A DNA stretch of 64,000 nt from the NCBI RefSeq assembly GCF_009914755.1, contig NC_060929.1; one strand, 5' to 3'. The position numbers and the translations under genes were made by a program. The notes beneath the pieces were generated by a model. It searched no databases, was not told the DNA's origin, and saw nothing but the letters and a program-made list of their open reading frames with translations. Of the stretch, positions 25,131 to 44,810 are shown piece by piece. This stretch comes from the human T2T-CHM13v2.0 reference genome, Homo sapiens. The stretch's first letter is position 1. Every line of letters starts with the position of its first letter.

Positions 25131-26213
25131 TGTATTTATTTCACAGAATGACCAAAATGAAAGCTCTCTCTATTTCTACTTAATTTCAAGTTCAGATTGC
25201 CCCATTTTAAAAATGTTAACTGCTTGGATTACATTCATTTTTCCAATTATTTGTTGATTGGACTATCCTTTTTAGTACATTGGAATTTTAGTTTGCAGCC
25301 TCAAATGGAATTATATTTTTTTCTTTCTCTCTGCGTTCACACTTTCCTACCTAGCAATTTTTGGGTTACCTCCAGGTTTTATACTGAACTTTCTGTCTCA
25401 CTCTGATAATCAGTATCACTGAGCTTGTGGGCACAGGACTTAGGTCCTGGTTAGGAAGCTGTTTTTGCTTATTTCTGTCTCTTGAGTGTGCAGACATCCT
25501 CAGGTAGCAGTCTCAGCTTTTATTATTTCAGCTTCCTTTCAGAGAAAGCGCAGCCAACTCCATTCCTGGTGTTAAGCAGTGAGCCTGGCTTAGATTCCTC
25601 TGTTAGAGTACTTTGGGTCCACATTAATAATCATACTGGTCCTTACTGGCTGTATAATTAGCCTTGTTACACAGCATCTGGGTCAGAAGCTCATAGTTAT
25701 GAATTTTTAAACCTTTTCTTTCATCTGACTTGTTTATACTTGAAGACTTGACATATCATTAAAAGTATACTCCTATTGCTGGTTTTTGAAGCTTTGCTTC
25801 TTCCTTCAAGTTTCTTTAACAGTTGAATTTTTTTTTAGACACTCTTTGTTCAAATGACATGGGGTTCAGAACTAGGTTGAAAGGTCCTGAAAATATGTCT
25901 GTTTAATTTACGTGCCTTGCTGGTGCAAAAACATGATCTTTGCTCTTTCCACAAGTCTCCAGGGAATCACAGGCCATCTTCCAGGCACTTTGGTATCAAA
26001 TCTGCCCAGTGCTTTAGTCTGACAAGATGGAGCTTGAAGTGCTAATTAAATGATGTTTTGAATTGGAGAGATAGAAATGTCCGTGTGTCTTAATTTTTAA
26101 ATTGTGGAGTCAGACATAGTTCTCTGAGTAACGTTATCCACCACAACATTTTGAATGTGATTACAATAAATACCCCAATAAACAAGATGTCTCAGGAGCT
26201 CCCTCGCTGATGC

Positions 26214-26252
26214 TTCAGGAAGTGAGCAAGTTATTCAGGAAGTGAGCAAGTT
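26214..26252. repeat. Direct repeat, 19 bp x2, period 20
   Basis: TTCAGGAAGTGAGCAAGTT at 26214-26232 and 26234-26252. Confidence 0.95.
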
Positions 26253-26589
26253 CCTCCTCCACTGAAGAGGACCCAATACACGGGGGGCTGTTTTCACATC
26301 TTTCCAGAACAACACTTTTATTGTTTGATTACAAATATTTACTTTCTCCTTCTTTTTATCCTAGGATTTAAGCTGTCTGTATCTCAGTTTTTGGAATTAT
26401 TTTTGGAAGCAGGGGGTGGGGTGGATGCTCCAGGAATAATATTTGAAAATAGTCCTTTGAATTTAAACCCCTTTGAGTATTTTTAAAGACTTAAAAGTTC
26501 AGGATTAGTATTAATTCCAGCATATGCTAGTGTATTTTTTAAAAAGTTTCCTGATGATAACTCAATTTTAAGTGCATAATTTGATGAGT

Positions 26590-27418
26590 TTTTCTCCTGG
26601 TTATGGGTCAGATTTTCCTGATTTTTGCATGCTTGGTTATTTGAGATCATATACTGAATATTGTGAATTTTACATTGTTAATGCTGATTTTGTTGTGTTA
26701 TTTTAAATACTGTTGAACTTTGTTCTAGGACACAGTTAAATCACTTGAAATTAGTGTGGTCTTTCCAAAGCTTCTTTTTAAGCTTTGTTAGTATAGGTCT
26801 GATCAGCTCTTAGTCAAGGGCTAATTTGGTCTTATTATTAAAATCATATCTTTTGGAGGATTCTACCCGATGCCCTATGTATTAGGAGGCATTTCCACTC
26901 AGACTGATGGGAACATAAGCTATTCCCAGTTCTATGTGAACTCTAGAGATTGTTTCGCCTATTTCTTCCAGGTCGTTTATTCCCTAGGCCTTCGGTACTT
27001 TCTTCTTATACATGAGAAGAATAGTACTCAGACGAAGTCTTCAGGGAGTCTCCTGCAGAACTCTGCAGATAACTTTTATGCAGTTTCTTCTCTTACTTTG
27101 TTTTGTCCCACAGTTCCTGGATATCTTTGCCTACTTGATCTTACATTTCTCTCTCCTCAATTCAGGCAATTTGCTGGGCTCTGTTTGGATTACCTCTCTC
27201 TGTGCTGTGGGCTGGAATTCTCTCTGGGTAGTAAGCTATGATATTTGTAATACTAATCTCATTTGTTTTCCTTATATTCAGGATCACTGCCCTTTACTGC
27301 TTGTTTCCTAATGTTTTAAAACTGTGGTTTCCTGTTTTATCTGGTTTTCTAGTTTATATAAGGCATTATTTTAAGAATCAATCCAGTTATTACTCCATTA
27401 TAGACTGAAGTGAAAGTT
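26590..27418 (-). mobile_element. Old L1M (L1ME-like) 5' region
   Basis: ttatgggtcagattttcctg...agggctaattt...ttactccattatagactgaagtgaaagt resembles an L1ME 5' end. Confidence 0.55.
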
Positions 27419-28614
27419 GGTGACTGAAATTTCCCTGGGGATAAAACTGGGCACTTGGGATAATTCAAGACAACTGGTCATTCTTCTGAGAGTTGCTTCT
27501 GATGGGAGCTTAGGCTCTATAAAATGTGTCCCATTTGGAATTTTTATTGAAAAATATAAAACTTGGGGAAACAACTTAGGATATTCAATTTATATCTTAA
27601 AGTTTACAGATAGCATTTCGAGTTAATGTTTTCAAGCTCAAAGAAAATAAAACACTTAGGAGTACAGCATAGAGAATACATTCAATTAGTGAAAAAGGCT
27701 AGAAAGATTTGAAGAATTTTACGGTTTTATTAAGCACAATCTTTTGGTGACATATACTTACATGGAAGAATTATAAAAACATAGGAAGCAAAGAAGTCTA
27801 CATAATATTAGGTGTTTATCATGATGACTTTAATCTGCATTTAGTTATACAGTGATACATTTATTTTTATTCATGTATGTCACTAGCCTTATCTTTTAGT
27901 CAAATTCAAGAACAATAAAATTAAAATAGTGTATGATAGTGTTAAACCTGCTTTCGCTGCTTAATTTTAGAGCATCAAGACAGATTGTATTACTTTTTTT
28001 TATAGTGACTTCTGTTTCTCTCTTTATTTTCAAGAAAGATTTCTTAGAAGCTACCATAATTGGAGAAGTCATAGTTAAAATACAATTTAATTTATTTTTG
28101 ATGTGCTTGCTATGTTCATAGCACTGTTTATAGCACTGCTACAAAGATTGAAAAAGAAGAAGAAACAACAGTTTCTGCTGTATAAAATTTTGTGTGCTAT
28201 ACGCACAAACAAGATTTATGTGCATGAAACAGCTTCAAGACAAAAGAGTGCGCCTGATGCAGCACCAAATGAAATAAAACTGATGACAAATGTAGTATGT
28301 GAGAGTTGGGTTAATCAGAAAAGTGTTCATAAAAAAGGTGAGGTGTCAGCTGACTCTTAAACCGATATATTAATATTCTTGTGGATGGATGGATCAGTGG
28401 GAGGACCTTCTGAACGAGACATAATAAGTAAAGTCTTATATGATGGAAAAATCACGTAGAGAATAACTACAGGAGAGACATATAGGTATCATTGCAGGGA
28501 AGGACAGACTTTAGTGCTTGGTAACAACTTTAGATATTTGATCTGGAAAGCAATGGAAGTCACTGAAGTTTCTTAAGCTGGGATGAATGTGTTTACTATA
28601 GAAAGATTATTCTT

Positions 28615-28896
<282 letters not shown>

Positions 28897-29552
28897 AGAA
28901 ATATTATTCTTAAAAGCAAGGGCAGGATTTCTATTTCCATCCCTGATTTCTGGTTTGATTTCCAGACCATGTATACAAGATAATTTGAACTTATTATTGA
29001 TTTCCCTTAAACACAGTCCTCTTTTAGACTTTCTATCACAGTGAATAGAAAGAAGAAACCTAGTAATCATTCTTGAGAGCTACATCTCTCTTTCTTTTAC
29101 TCCCCATGTAGAATACATCACCAAAATTTTATTAACTTTTCCACCTGGTAAAGCTCTTGACGCCATCATGTTTCTCCGTATTCACTAACCATGTCACCAC
29201 CATAGTCATCTTTTCTTACCTGACTTTCCTAAGTGGCCCCCATGCATTCACCCGAGTCTCCCTCAAACAGGTGTCCAATTCCCCATTTAGAGTTATTTCT
29301 TTGAACTGCAAAATGTCTTTTCATTCCCTATTTAAAGTCCTTCCATGACTCCTCACAGCTTTTAAGACAAAGAGCACATCCTCACCCTGACTTATGAGTG
29401 CCCTCAAAGGCTGGCTCCTGTGTACTTCTCCAGTCTCATCTCTGCACTGAAGCCACACTGACCTCCTTGTTCCACAGGCATGCTAGGACCCCTCCTATCA
29501 TGGGGCCTTTTTACATGCTATCTTCTCTATCCTTGTTGCTCTTTCTTCTACC

Positions 29553-30053
29553 ATGGTGGATTAAACATGTCCACAAATTCCTTGACACTCCTCCCTTTGG
29601 GAGATGGGGTCTATTCTTGTTCTGTTGCTTCTGGGCTCAACTACAATTTCTTTGACAAATTAAGTAGGGTAGAAATGACATTGTGCCAGCTTTGGACCTA
29701 ACTTTTTGGACTGGGAGTTTCTACCTTGGTCTCTTAGAACCTTGAGCTGTTACTGAAGAAGAATATCTGTCTGGAAAAATAATGTGGCAAGACTACATGA
29801 AAAGAGAGAAGGGGCCTTGTTAAGTCCAGTTTTCCAGACATCCCTGCCAGAAGCCAGCTGTATTTGTGGTGCCACCTTGGACCCTCCAGACTAATTAAGC
29901 TGCCAGCTGAGTACTGTGAAATAACCCCACTTGATGCCACATGGAGTGGAAACTTGTTCAGTCAAAATATGACCCCCCCCAAATTGTGATACATATAATA
30001 AAAGTTACTTGAAGCCACTAAGCTTTATTTTCAGCTGATAGGTAATGGAAATA
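29553..30053 (+). mobile_element. MLT1 (H-like) LTR
   Basis: ggtggattaaacatgtccacaaattccttgacactcctccc...aataaaag...aagccactaag. Confidence 0.75.
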
Positions 30054-30290
30054 GTCACCTTTCCCCTGCAACCTTGATAACCCCTATTTTCATATTACTT
30101 CTTTAAATGTCAGCTAAACATGTCTTCCTCAAGGAAACCAATTTTCCCTATTGTATGCTCTCATGGGACCATGCTCCTCTCCTGTGTACCACTTGTTATA
30201 GCGATTTTACAGAGTTTTGTGATAATCTGATTAATAACCAACTCTATGATGAGGGCAGGGCTGTGTCCTTTTTACCATTCACCATTGCAT

Positions 30291-31084
30291 TGATATGGGA
30301 AGAGGGCAGGGAAGTGCTGGGTAGAGAAAGGCGGGTCCCTGGCTAGGGCTTCATCCCCAGGACTGTGCCCACGGACGTAGATGAAGAAAGACACTTCTGC
30401 CTTCGTGCCCAAGTGTTGCATTTTCCAAGACCACCCTGGCCCACCACGCCCCCATCTTGTGCCTATAAAAACCCTCACACCCTAGTAGGCAGAGACACAA
30501 GCAGCTGGACGTCAAGAGGAACACATCAGTTGAGCACACTGACAAGTACCGGCAGATGCCGACACGATGGCAGGCCATCGACCAGCGGAATGACGTGGAG
30601 TTTGGCCAGGGCAGTCGGAGGGGAGCCCAGCCACTGGGTGGCCTGACTCCAGGGAAAAAACCACCTTCCCACTTCATCTCCCTTCTGGCTCCCCCATCTG
30701 CTGAGAGCTACTTCAGTCAGTAAAACTCAATAAAACCTTGCGCTCATTCTCCAAGCCCACATGTGATCCAATTTTTCCAGTACATCTAGGCAAGAACCCA
30801 GGATACAGAAAACCCTCTGTTGTAATAAGGCAGAGGGTCTAATTGAGCTGGTTAACACAAGCCACCTATAGATGGTAAAACTAAAAGAGCACACGATAAC
30901 ACATGCCCACTGGGGCTTCAAGAGCTGTAAACATACACCCCTAGATGCTGCCATGGGGTTGGAGCCCCACAACCTGCCTGTCTGTGTGTTCCCCTAGAAG
31001 TTTGAACAGCGGGGCACTGAAAGAAGTGAGCCACTCTCCCTGTCACACGCCCTGTGATGGGACAAGGAAACCTTTCCCATTCCA
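30291..31084 (+). mobile_element. LTR1-family (ERV1) solo LTR
   Basis: TGATATGGGAAGAGGGCAGGGAAGTGCTGGG...CCTATAAAAACCC...AATAAAACCTTGC...TTCCA; 4-bp TSD GCAT/GTAT. Confidence 0.85.
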
Positions 31085-31424
31085 GTATGCCCAACACCTA
31101 TCTATGAGCTTGGCGTAGAGTTTTGTTCAATAATCTTGTTGAATCAATGAATTGATGAATGAATCTAAGATGATGGAGTGGTGAGGAGCGGTTCAAAGCA
31201 TGTAAATTCACAGCATTTTGTGATAAAACAGGAAGTATACGGCAGTTATAGTTTTCACTTTCCTTTGAGGGGATGGATACTGAAAATCAGTTGATACCTT
31301 AGTATTCTCATCAATCAAGTGGGACAAAAATTTCTCCACCAAATGCAGTCTTTAGTTTTAAATATTGAAGGTTATTTTGCAGCTACACAGAAAAAAATGC
31401 ATCCTCTTAAAATTATTGGGTTTA

Positions 31425-31524
31425 GATGACAGGTTGATACGTGCAGCAAACCATCATGGCACATGCATACCTATGTAACAAACCTGCACATTCTGCACAT
31501 GTATCCCAGAACTTAAAATAAAAA
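31425..31524 (+). mobile_element. Extremely 5'-truncated L1PA (about 100 bp)
   Basis: L1PA8-like 3' terminus plus A tail; TSD AAAATTATT(G/A)GGTTTA at 31409-31424 and 31525-31540. Confidence 0.9.
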
Positions 31525-33111
31525 AAAATTATTAGGTTTACAACCGAATTGACTTATTGGGCAATTTGGTCAAATTGTTAGTTGTCAGTTGATTTGTTCT
31601 ACTTCTGAAAAATATAAGCCAAACTGGTTGTCTGGTTGAATAACATTTTTAAAACGGTATAAAATAGCACATATCTTTACCACATTTACATTTTATATTA
31701 GAGAAAATGCATTCTGGATCATGAGGGGAAGTGGGAAATTGGCATCTGAAATGTTTCCTTGGAAATTTTGAGATTTATAAGGAAATAAAAGTCATATGAG
31801 TACATTTTTTGGCAATTCATATAATATTTATGGATGGAATGACTCCAAACAACTATGTCTGGCACATTTTAAGTTTCCTTCTAATCACAAAACAACTGAA
31901 TTCATCAATGAATATTTTAAAAGGTATCTATACTATGTTCTAGAACATGTTAGGCACAGTATGGAAGTCCCTTTCTGCCACAGATTGGCTCAACTGTAGA
32001 TGCAGAAGAATTTCCCCTGCAGGCTCAGTGCCAGCTTTCACCTCTCACAGCCTAATGCACAAGGGCAGAAACCCCATTTATTCAGCAACCTGATCCCAAA
32101 ACCTAGCATAATGTGAGGCTTATTATTTATGACTTTAGTTCCTCATTTCAAATGATTCACAACACAAAAAGCAAAGCCAGTCAAGAAGTCTGAACAGAGA
32201 TGTGTCATGATGAAAGCTGTGTTTTGTCTTGGAATAGAAGGCGGGAAGGTTGTCAGGAAGAGCTCTGTGAAGGAAGTAATCTCAGAGCTGACTGAGGTGC
32301 CAGTTTACTAACCTTATCAACAGAGGGAGAGCTGAGAAATATAACCTACAGAAGTGTTGTTGATTTGTGAGCTGTACATTCTCAGATAATTTCTTTTTAA
32401 TTGTGTCAGATAAAAATAAAATCTTACAGGCTAAAGCTTTGTTTCTGTTTTTTAACAGTGCTATATATGCACACTTGATATAGTATGAATATATGTTGGT
32501 TCTCTTGCTGAAAGTTAGTGTTAATTAGTGTTATCCTTGCATCTTATTTATGAAGAAATCAGTTTTTTGGGCCTCTTTTCCCCATAAGCCACCTGATGTT
32601 AAACAAAATAAGAGACTACAGACAACTTCAATATTAGCTTACAGGTAAATGCAAATTTTTGTTTTGGTATGTTTCCATACAACGTTGAACAGACCACTTA
32701 TTAGTAGTGTAGTCTTGGTTCACTGTAATGAACCAAAATGCTCTTCAGTTCTGTTTTATCCTTCATTCATTTATGGACTTTTGAATTGACATATGAATCT
32801 ATCAGGATTCTGTATACCTTCATAATAGAGAACTGCCAACACAAAAACCCGGTATACCCATGTGCTGCAGACTAGCCCTTCGTGGAGTAGCAGAGCTATT
32901 CTAGAAATCGTTATAACCTTGTGCTGAACAAGTCTGTGATATATGGACTATCTACTGAGCTGTAAGCATAGGCAATGAAACATCCATGCCATCTATAAAC
33001 AAAGAATAAACTTAAGGTAGGCAATATTTTTTAGTGAGAGATATATTTTACTCAAAATTTTCTCTTGTGGTGTTTACTTAGCTTGTTGTGTGTAAATAAC
33101 AATATTTTATA

Positions 33112-33297
33112 AAAGGGTTCTCAAATTCTGTTTTCCCACCAGCAGCATCAGCGTCACCTGGGAACATGCTAGAAATCCAGTTATCTGGCCTTATCCCAGG
33201 CCCACTGAATAGCAAACTCTGGAGCTGGGCCCACCTATCTCTTTTAACAAGCCCTCCATGTCATTCTGATGACTATTTAAGTTAGAAAATTATTGGT
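33112..33297. mobile_element. MER5A DNA transposon remnant
   Basis: ccagcagcatcagcgtcacctgggaac...ttttaacaagccctcc. Confidence 0.8.
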
Positions 33298-33954
33298 CTA
33301 TAGAGTTTGGTGGTATAGCAAATTTAGCAGAAAAAAAATTTCGAAATATCAGCCCTAAAAAACCTATCTAGATTAATATGTCTGAATTTTTGTCTGTAGA
33401 CATTTTATTGTCACTATTTTTATAGTATAACTCACCTTAATATCCATGTCCTTAAGAATGTTGTCCCAGCAATCCATCAGCTTATTTGCCTTATGAAAAA
33501 TGATGTCTCTTTCACAAGAGCTAAGCAATAAACACAGCCCATTTTGTAATTTAAACTGTGGTTGTTTAAATGGAATCTAACTCAGTACTTCAAATTCCCC
33601 AATTATTGGACGTAGAACCAAACAGTGTCAGTGAATTTCCAAATGTCCAGCTGAACAATTCATTAGCTGATCTGAGTCTCTTCCAGGTTCTGCAGTGCTT
33701 TGTACTGACCTGATGTTCCTAGTACTGAGTTGTAGCAATCCACCTGGGCTGGCCTTCATTAAAGTATCCAGTAAACCAAATTTACTATCCTTTCTTCCTC
33801 AATAACATCTTGTGACAAATCTCTGCTAGTCGAAGGAAAAATGCTATAGGACCAAATTAATTCCTGCTAATTGTCCATTGGAAGTAGATACTTTTATACC
33901 ACTTTCTAACTGAAAGCATTAGAAACATTATGCGAAGGCAGAAGAGGGAATTTC

Positions 33955-38290
<4,336 letters not shown>

Positions 38291-38565
38291 CAGAAGAGGG
38301 AATTTCAAGCACTGTGAGGGAGACATTTTGAGTTGTTCAGAACATTTCTGACCTTTAAAAAATAATATGCATAGCTGGCCAGTGTATTTTTCTACTTTCT
38401 TGGCATCATATAGTTTAGTTCTGGGCCAAGTGTTGACAGGTCAGCAATGGCCTCCTTCTCTGAGAACTTTCTTTGACCTGTGTGTAGAGCTCACTCTTGT
38501 GAAGGAGCATACCAATTGTTAGGACAAAATGAGCAACTAAACTGCTCATATAGTTTTAAAAAATT

Positions 38566-39958
<1,393 letters not shown>

Positions 39959-41194
39959 TAAACTGCTCATGTAGTTTTAACTTAAGGAACTAAATTGTCA
40001 CTTACAGTAACATTTTTTGGGTATGAGTGTAATTATAACCACAAATAGTGATACAATACTGTGGATAAAATAAGAGAAGAAATTTATTTGAAACAGTGGT
40101 CTAAAGAAAGACAGTTCTAAAATTTGCCCATTGTTGAGAGATGTTGTAACATGAATAAACTATTTCAGGTTTTTCTTTATAATAAATACATCATCCCTTT
40201 TCAAAATATTTTTAAAAATGTATTTAAAAATCTTTTAAAATTAGATTTAAAAGGTATTTTTTGAAGTGTTATGTTTGCAGCATGGAAGGTGAACAGACTT
40301 TATTTTTAATTAAGTTATAAAACATCTCTTCTTTATAAAATGCCTGGATTTGAGACTTTTTCTATTGCATTCTGGCCAAGTTAACAATCACTAAAATTTC
40401 ATATTTGGATTATGGCGCAATTGCAAAGATACAATCAGTGATCTCAGAACTAGCAATTTCCTGGGGAAAAGGATTGAATATTTGGCAAAGAAGAGATGAC
40501 ATTTCAAAGTTTAACATTCATCTGTAATTCTGGAAAAAAAAAACAATAAACCACCGATTGAAGAGATTCACATTTAACAAATATGGCTTTATATTCATTC
40601 TTTTTTGAGGCAAGATGTAGGTACTAAGTCCCAAAGAATTGCCTTAAGACAAGCTATTTTCAGAATAAAATGAAACATAAGTAATTTAATTCTGAAGATA
40701 TGATGGGATGAAACTGCAGTGATTTTCTAAAATGAGCTCTCTTGAATTCTGTGAAATTTGCCTAAAATAAATGAATAAGCGTTTTCTATCCCCAAAACAC
40801 AGATATTGAAGTGACTCCTATATATTACCCCAAAATGATGTCTCTTCATAAAATTAACAGCATTGCAAAAAGGAAGTTTGGGAGAATGATTTAAGCCTCA
40901 TTGACAATGAACAATGGGCATCTGGAAGAACATTTAGTAATTTTAATAACATGAAAGTGAATAACTTCCAGCAAGTTTTAAATACATATTTAAGCCTCTT
41001 CTCTTATTTTTCTGGGGGGACGGAAGTTGAGTTTTTTCATAATTCAGTGGTGTTAGGAGAAGGGCTGGATAGATATTGATCACCTGATTCACAAGGCAGT
41101 ATCAAATAAAAGTCTGACAAGGACAAAGGAGATGATGAAAGTTACCTGTGATTTTCTGAATGATACGAGAAAAGTAAATATATTCTGTAAGTTG

Positions 41195-41850
41195 CTTCAA
41201 CAATAATCTGAATGCCTATTTTGTACCAGGCACTATTCTAGGTATTGGGGATTCATCAGTGAAAAAAACAAGCGCACCTCTTCATAGAATGCAAAGGGAG
41301 GAGAGAGGGATAGAGGGAGGGAGGGAGGGAGAGACAGAGAGGAAAAGAGAGAGGGAGAGGAGAAGAAGGAGGAGGAGGAGGGAATCAGTCATTTGACATA
41401 AATATAATAAGTACTATGATTTTTTAAAAAAGCAATATAAGGGGACTGCTATCTTAGGGTGGTAACAGAAGGACTCTCTAAAGAAGTGACATTTGAACAG
41501 AGGCTTGATTGAAATGAGGCAGCAAGACCTGTGATATCTGGAGGAAAGGAGTTCTAGACAAAGGGAACAGAGAAAGTGGTGGCCTTGAGGTCTGTGGTAG
41601 GAGTCTGCTTTGAGGAATAGCAAGGTCAGTGTGGTTGGAGTAGAGGGAGCCAGGGAAAGAGCAGGATTGAGAGCAGAGAGCTAAGCACAGGCAGGATTAC
41701 TCAGGCCTTGTAGATTGTGGATTTTATTTTAAGATTGTTGGGAAGGCCCTGGATGTTTTGAGCAGAGACGTGATATGATTAAGTTTGCATTTTAAAAGCA
41801 TCGCTCTTATTGCCTTGTGGAGAATAGATTGTAGAGGTGTAGAAGTGGAT
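41195..41850 (-). mobile_element. L2a 3' region
   Basis: ttcaacaataatctgaatgcctattttgtaccaggcactattctagg...gtgacatttgaacagagg. Confidence 0.8.
41293..41384. repeat. GA-rich polypurine low-complexity tract
   Basis: GGGA/GA/GGA repeats. Confidence 0.85.
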
Positions 41851-41984
41851 GTTTCTGAAGATTTATTTCTGCTTTTATTTAAGTAAATAAAAAATTAAAC
41901 AATTTGTATCATTTTATAGTAATATGTTAAAATTTGGGAGAGGGAAGATATTTCTAGGAATTTTACTACATAATGTTGGACAAC

Positions 41985-42510
41985 TTCTCATGCATGCACT
42001 TGGCATCTGTATGTCCTCTTTGATGAGTTGTCTGTTCAAATCTTTTGCCATTTATTAGCTGGGTTGTTTTCTTCAGTAGAGTTTTGAGAATTCTTTATAT
42101 ATTCTAAATTAGAGTTCTTTACCAGATATGTCATTCATTTGTAAATATTTATTTCAAGTCTTTAGCTTGTTTTTTAATTCTCTTAACAGTATCGTTTTCA
42201 AAGCAAAAGTTTTAAATTTTTAATGAAATTGACAATTCTTTTCTTTTGTGGATCATGCTTCTTCTGAAGTCATTTCTAAGAAATCTGCCTAACCACAGGT
42301 CATTACTGGTTTCTTCTGAGAGTTTTATAATTTTATGTTTTACATTTAGATCTATAATCAATTTTGAGTTAATTTTTTATAAGGTGTGAGGTTTATGTTA
42401 TGGTTCATTATTTTTGCATATAGATGTTCAATTGTTTCAGTATCATTTGTTGAAAACACTCATTAATTTTGTGCTTTTGTTAAAAATCAGTGGCCATATT
42501 TGTGAGTTAC
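41985..42510 (-). mobile_element. Old L1M ORF2 3' fragment
   Basis: tgtctgttcaaatcttttgcc...aattttgagttaatttttt...catttgttgaaaa. Confidence 0.7.
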
Positions 42511-42854
42511 TTTGATAAATGTATTTTACCTTTTTTTCTGGCCTGAACATTCTCTAGAATAAATTGTTTGGATATAATTTTTATTTTCTACTAGGTTTTC
42601 TAGCAAATCTTTGACAAGTGATTTACAAGAAATAATACAAAATGAAGCCATATCTAATATTGAGTGTATTTCACTATGGAGGTTTAGCTACAGGGGACTG
42701 ATAGGTTGAAGATCTAGATGAAAGAAATATTATGAGTGGAGGATTAAGAACAGGATTAGCTGTTTGTGCTGCTAAATCTTGCATGTTAATATCAAATTGA
42801 TATGCTAGTGGCTATGGACTTACTTTTGCTCTTTTCTCATTTAAGGTGATGCCC

Positions 42855-43201
42855 TGATATGGTTTGGCTGTGTCCCCACCCAAATCTCATCTTGAATTCT
42901 CACATGTTGTGGGAGGGACCCAGTGGGAGGTATTTGAATCATGAGGGTTGGTCTTTTCTGTGCTGTTGTCATGATAGTGAATAAGTCTCATGAGATCTGA
43001 TGGCTTTATGTGGTGGAGTTTCCCTGCGTAAGCTCTCTCTTTGCCTGCTGCCATCCATGTAAGAAGACTCCTCCTGGCTTTCTGCCATGATTGTGAGGCA
43101 CCCCAGCCACTTGGAACTGTAAGTCCATTAAACCTCTTTCTTGTGTAAATTTCCCAGTCTCAGGTTTGTCTTTATCAGCAGTGTGAAAACAGACTAATAC
43201 A
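42855..43201 (+). mobile_element. THE1A-like solo LTR (MaLR)
   Basis: TGATATGGTTTGGCTGTGTCCCC...ACTAATACA; perfect TSD TGCCC at 42850-42854 and 43202-43206. Confidence 0.93.
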
Positions 43202-43804
43202 TGCCCAGATCAGGTCTGAATTTTGCAGCTTTCGACAGATGGTTAGGTATCTTAGAAACAGTTCCTACATAAGTGACCTAGCCCACCAGCCAGGCAAGTC
43301 AGCAAAACTAAAATCTTAGTTTCATCAAGGACTCTTGTCTCTGCCTGTTTTCAACAGCTGACATAAGACAAAAATAAAGTTTTTTGATAGATATGAAAAT
43401 ACTTTGGGAATTGCAATTATCTCTTTATATATAAATGGTGCCACATACTGCAAAATAATTCTGGTGATTATGGAGTGCCCTGTTCCCATGAACACAGACT
43501 GTAAACTAACCAGTCTCCTAAAGCCGTGAGGCATCATGCATACATAGCATGAGGGCATGCTCATTTCGGATCTGGCACACTAAAATATTCTTTATGATGA
43601 TACCGATTTTTCTCCTAAGATTATTCTAGCATAAACAATAGGAACATGTAATTTTTTTGGGGGTGGGTATAGCCTACCATATATGCAAATATGGTCAGTG
43701 ATGACAAATACAAAAGTTATTGAAGAACTGTTAGAATTACTCAGGGAGTTTAAAAGAGATCAACTTTATTGATGTATGATTTACATGTAATAAATGTCAC
43801 CAAG

Positions 43805-43937
43805 GAAGTATTAAATAATTCCTGTGCTTAGGACTCCACCTGCAGAGATGCTGATTCAATTGTTGTGGTGTAGGGCCAGGGCCTCAGTACTTTGTAAAAA
43901 CTCCCCAGGGCTTTCTAATTGGTAACCAGGTTGCAAC
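43805..43937. mobile_element. MER5-type DNA transposon fragment
   Basis: agagatgctgattcaattg...gggccagggcctcag...aaaactccccaggg. Confidence 0.55.
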
Positions 43938-44456
43938 TTACCTATATAGTTAACCTAATTATTCCCTAAAAGCACCTACCAAGGGAAATTGGCATGTTGC
44001 TAATAGGTGATGGAGTCTTAGCGAAAGTGTGTCTTTAATCTCAGGAGCTGTTACAGTGGAAATCTTCTGTCAAGTATCAGGAACAGATCTTATAATATGG
44101 CTTTGACATTTATGTCCAAAGAACATGAGGCAGATGGAAAGGTTTATTTTTCAGAGATTGTGTCCCACAGAGAATGAGGTGCCGATACCATGATTTCCTC
44201 AGCCTGATGGAGAAGGAGGACAGACAGCTGTGAGGGTAGTACAAAATGTGGAAGGACCAGTCCTCTTACCATAAACTTGCTTTCTGCTCCTCCCACTCTA
44301 CGTCCAAGTGAGCAGAGGACTGGAAAGGATTCAGTAAGTGTTGAGGCTGGCTTAGTAGGAGGGAGAGACTCTTCCCTCTTCCCTGTACCTTCATGGGGAG
44401 GGTGTTTGTGGAATAAAAGCAGCCCCAGGAGTATATTTTATAAAGATTTGAGATGC

Positions 44457-44810
44457 TGTATTAGTCAGGGTTCTCCAGAGGGACAGAACTAATAGAATAT
44501 ATTCATATATGACAGGGAGTTTATGAAGGAAAATTGACTCATATGATCACAAGGTGAAGTTCCACAATAGACCATCTGCAAGCTGAGGAGCAGGGAAGCT
44601 AGTAATGCCTCAGTCAAAGCCACAAAGCCTCAAAAGCAGGAAAGCCGACAGTGCAGTGTTCAGTCTGTGGCAAAGGCCTGGGAGCCCCTGCCAAACCACA
44701 GGTATAAGTTCGAGAGTCCAAAGGCTGAAGAACCTGGAGTCTGATGTTCAAGGACAGGAAGCATCCAGAATGGGAGAAAGATGAAGACAAAAAACTCAGC
44801 AAGCCAGCTT
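44457..44810 (-). mobile_element. MLT2A LTR (5' part missing)
   Basis: tgtattagtcagggttctccagagggacagaactaatag...gtccaaaggctgaagaacctggagtctgatgttcaagg. Confidence 0.9.

Larger units (their letters stand above)
29075..31165 (+). mobile_element. L2 3' region interrupted by MLT1 and LTR1
   Basis: Pyrimidine-rich L2 sense motifs; ends gttcaataatcttgttgaatcaatgaattgatgaatgaat. Confidence 0.7.

Noticed and set aside
41293-41384. Polypurine tract as an H-DNA element
   Set aside because: Common low-complexity expansion inside an L2; nothing indicates function.
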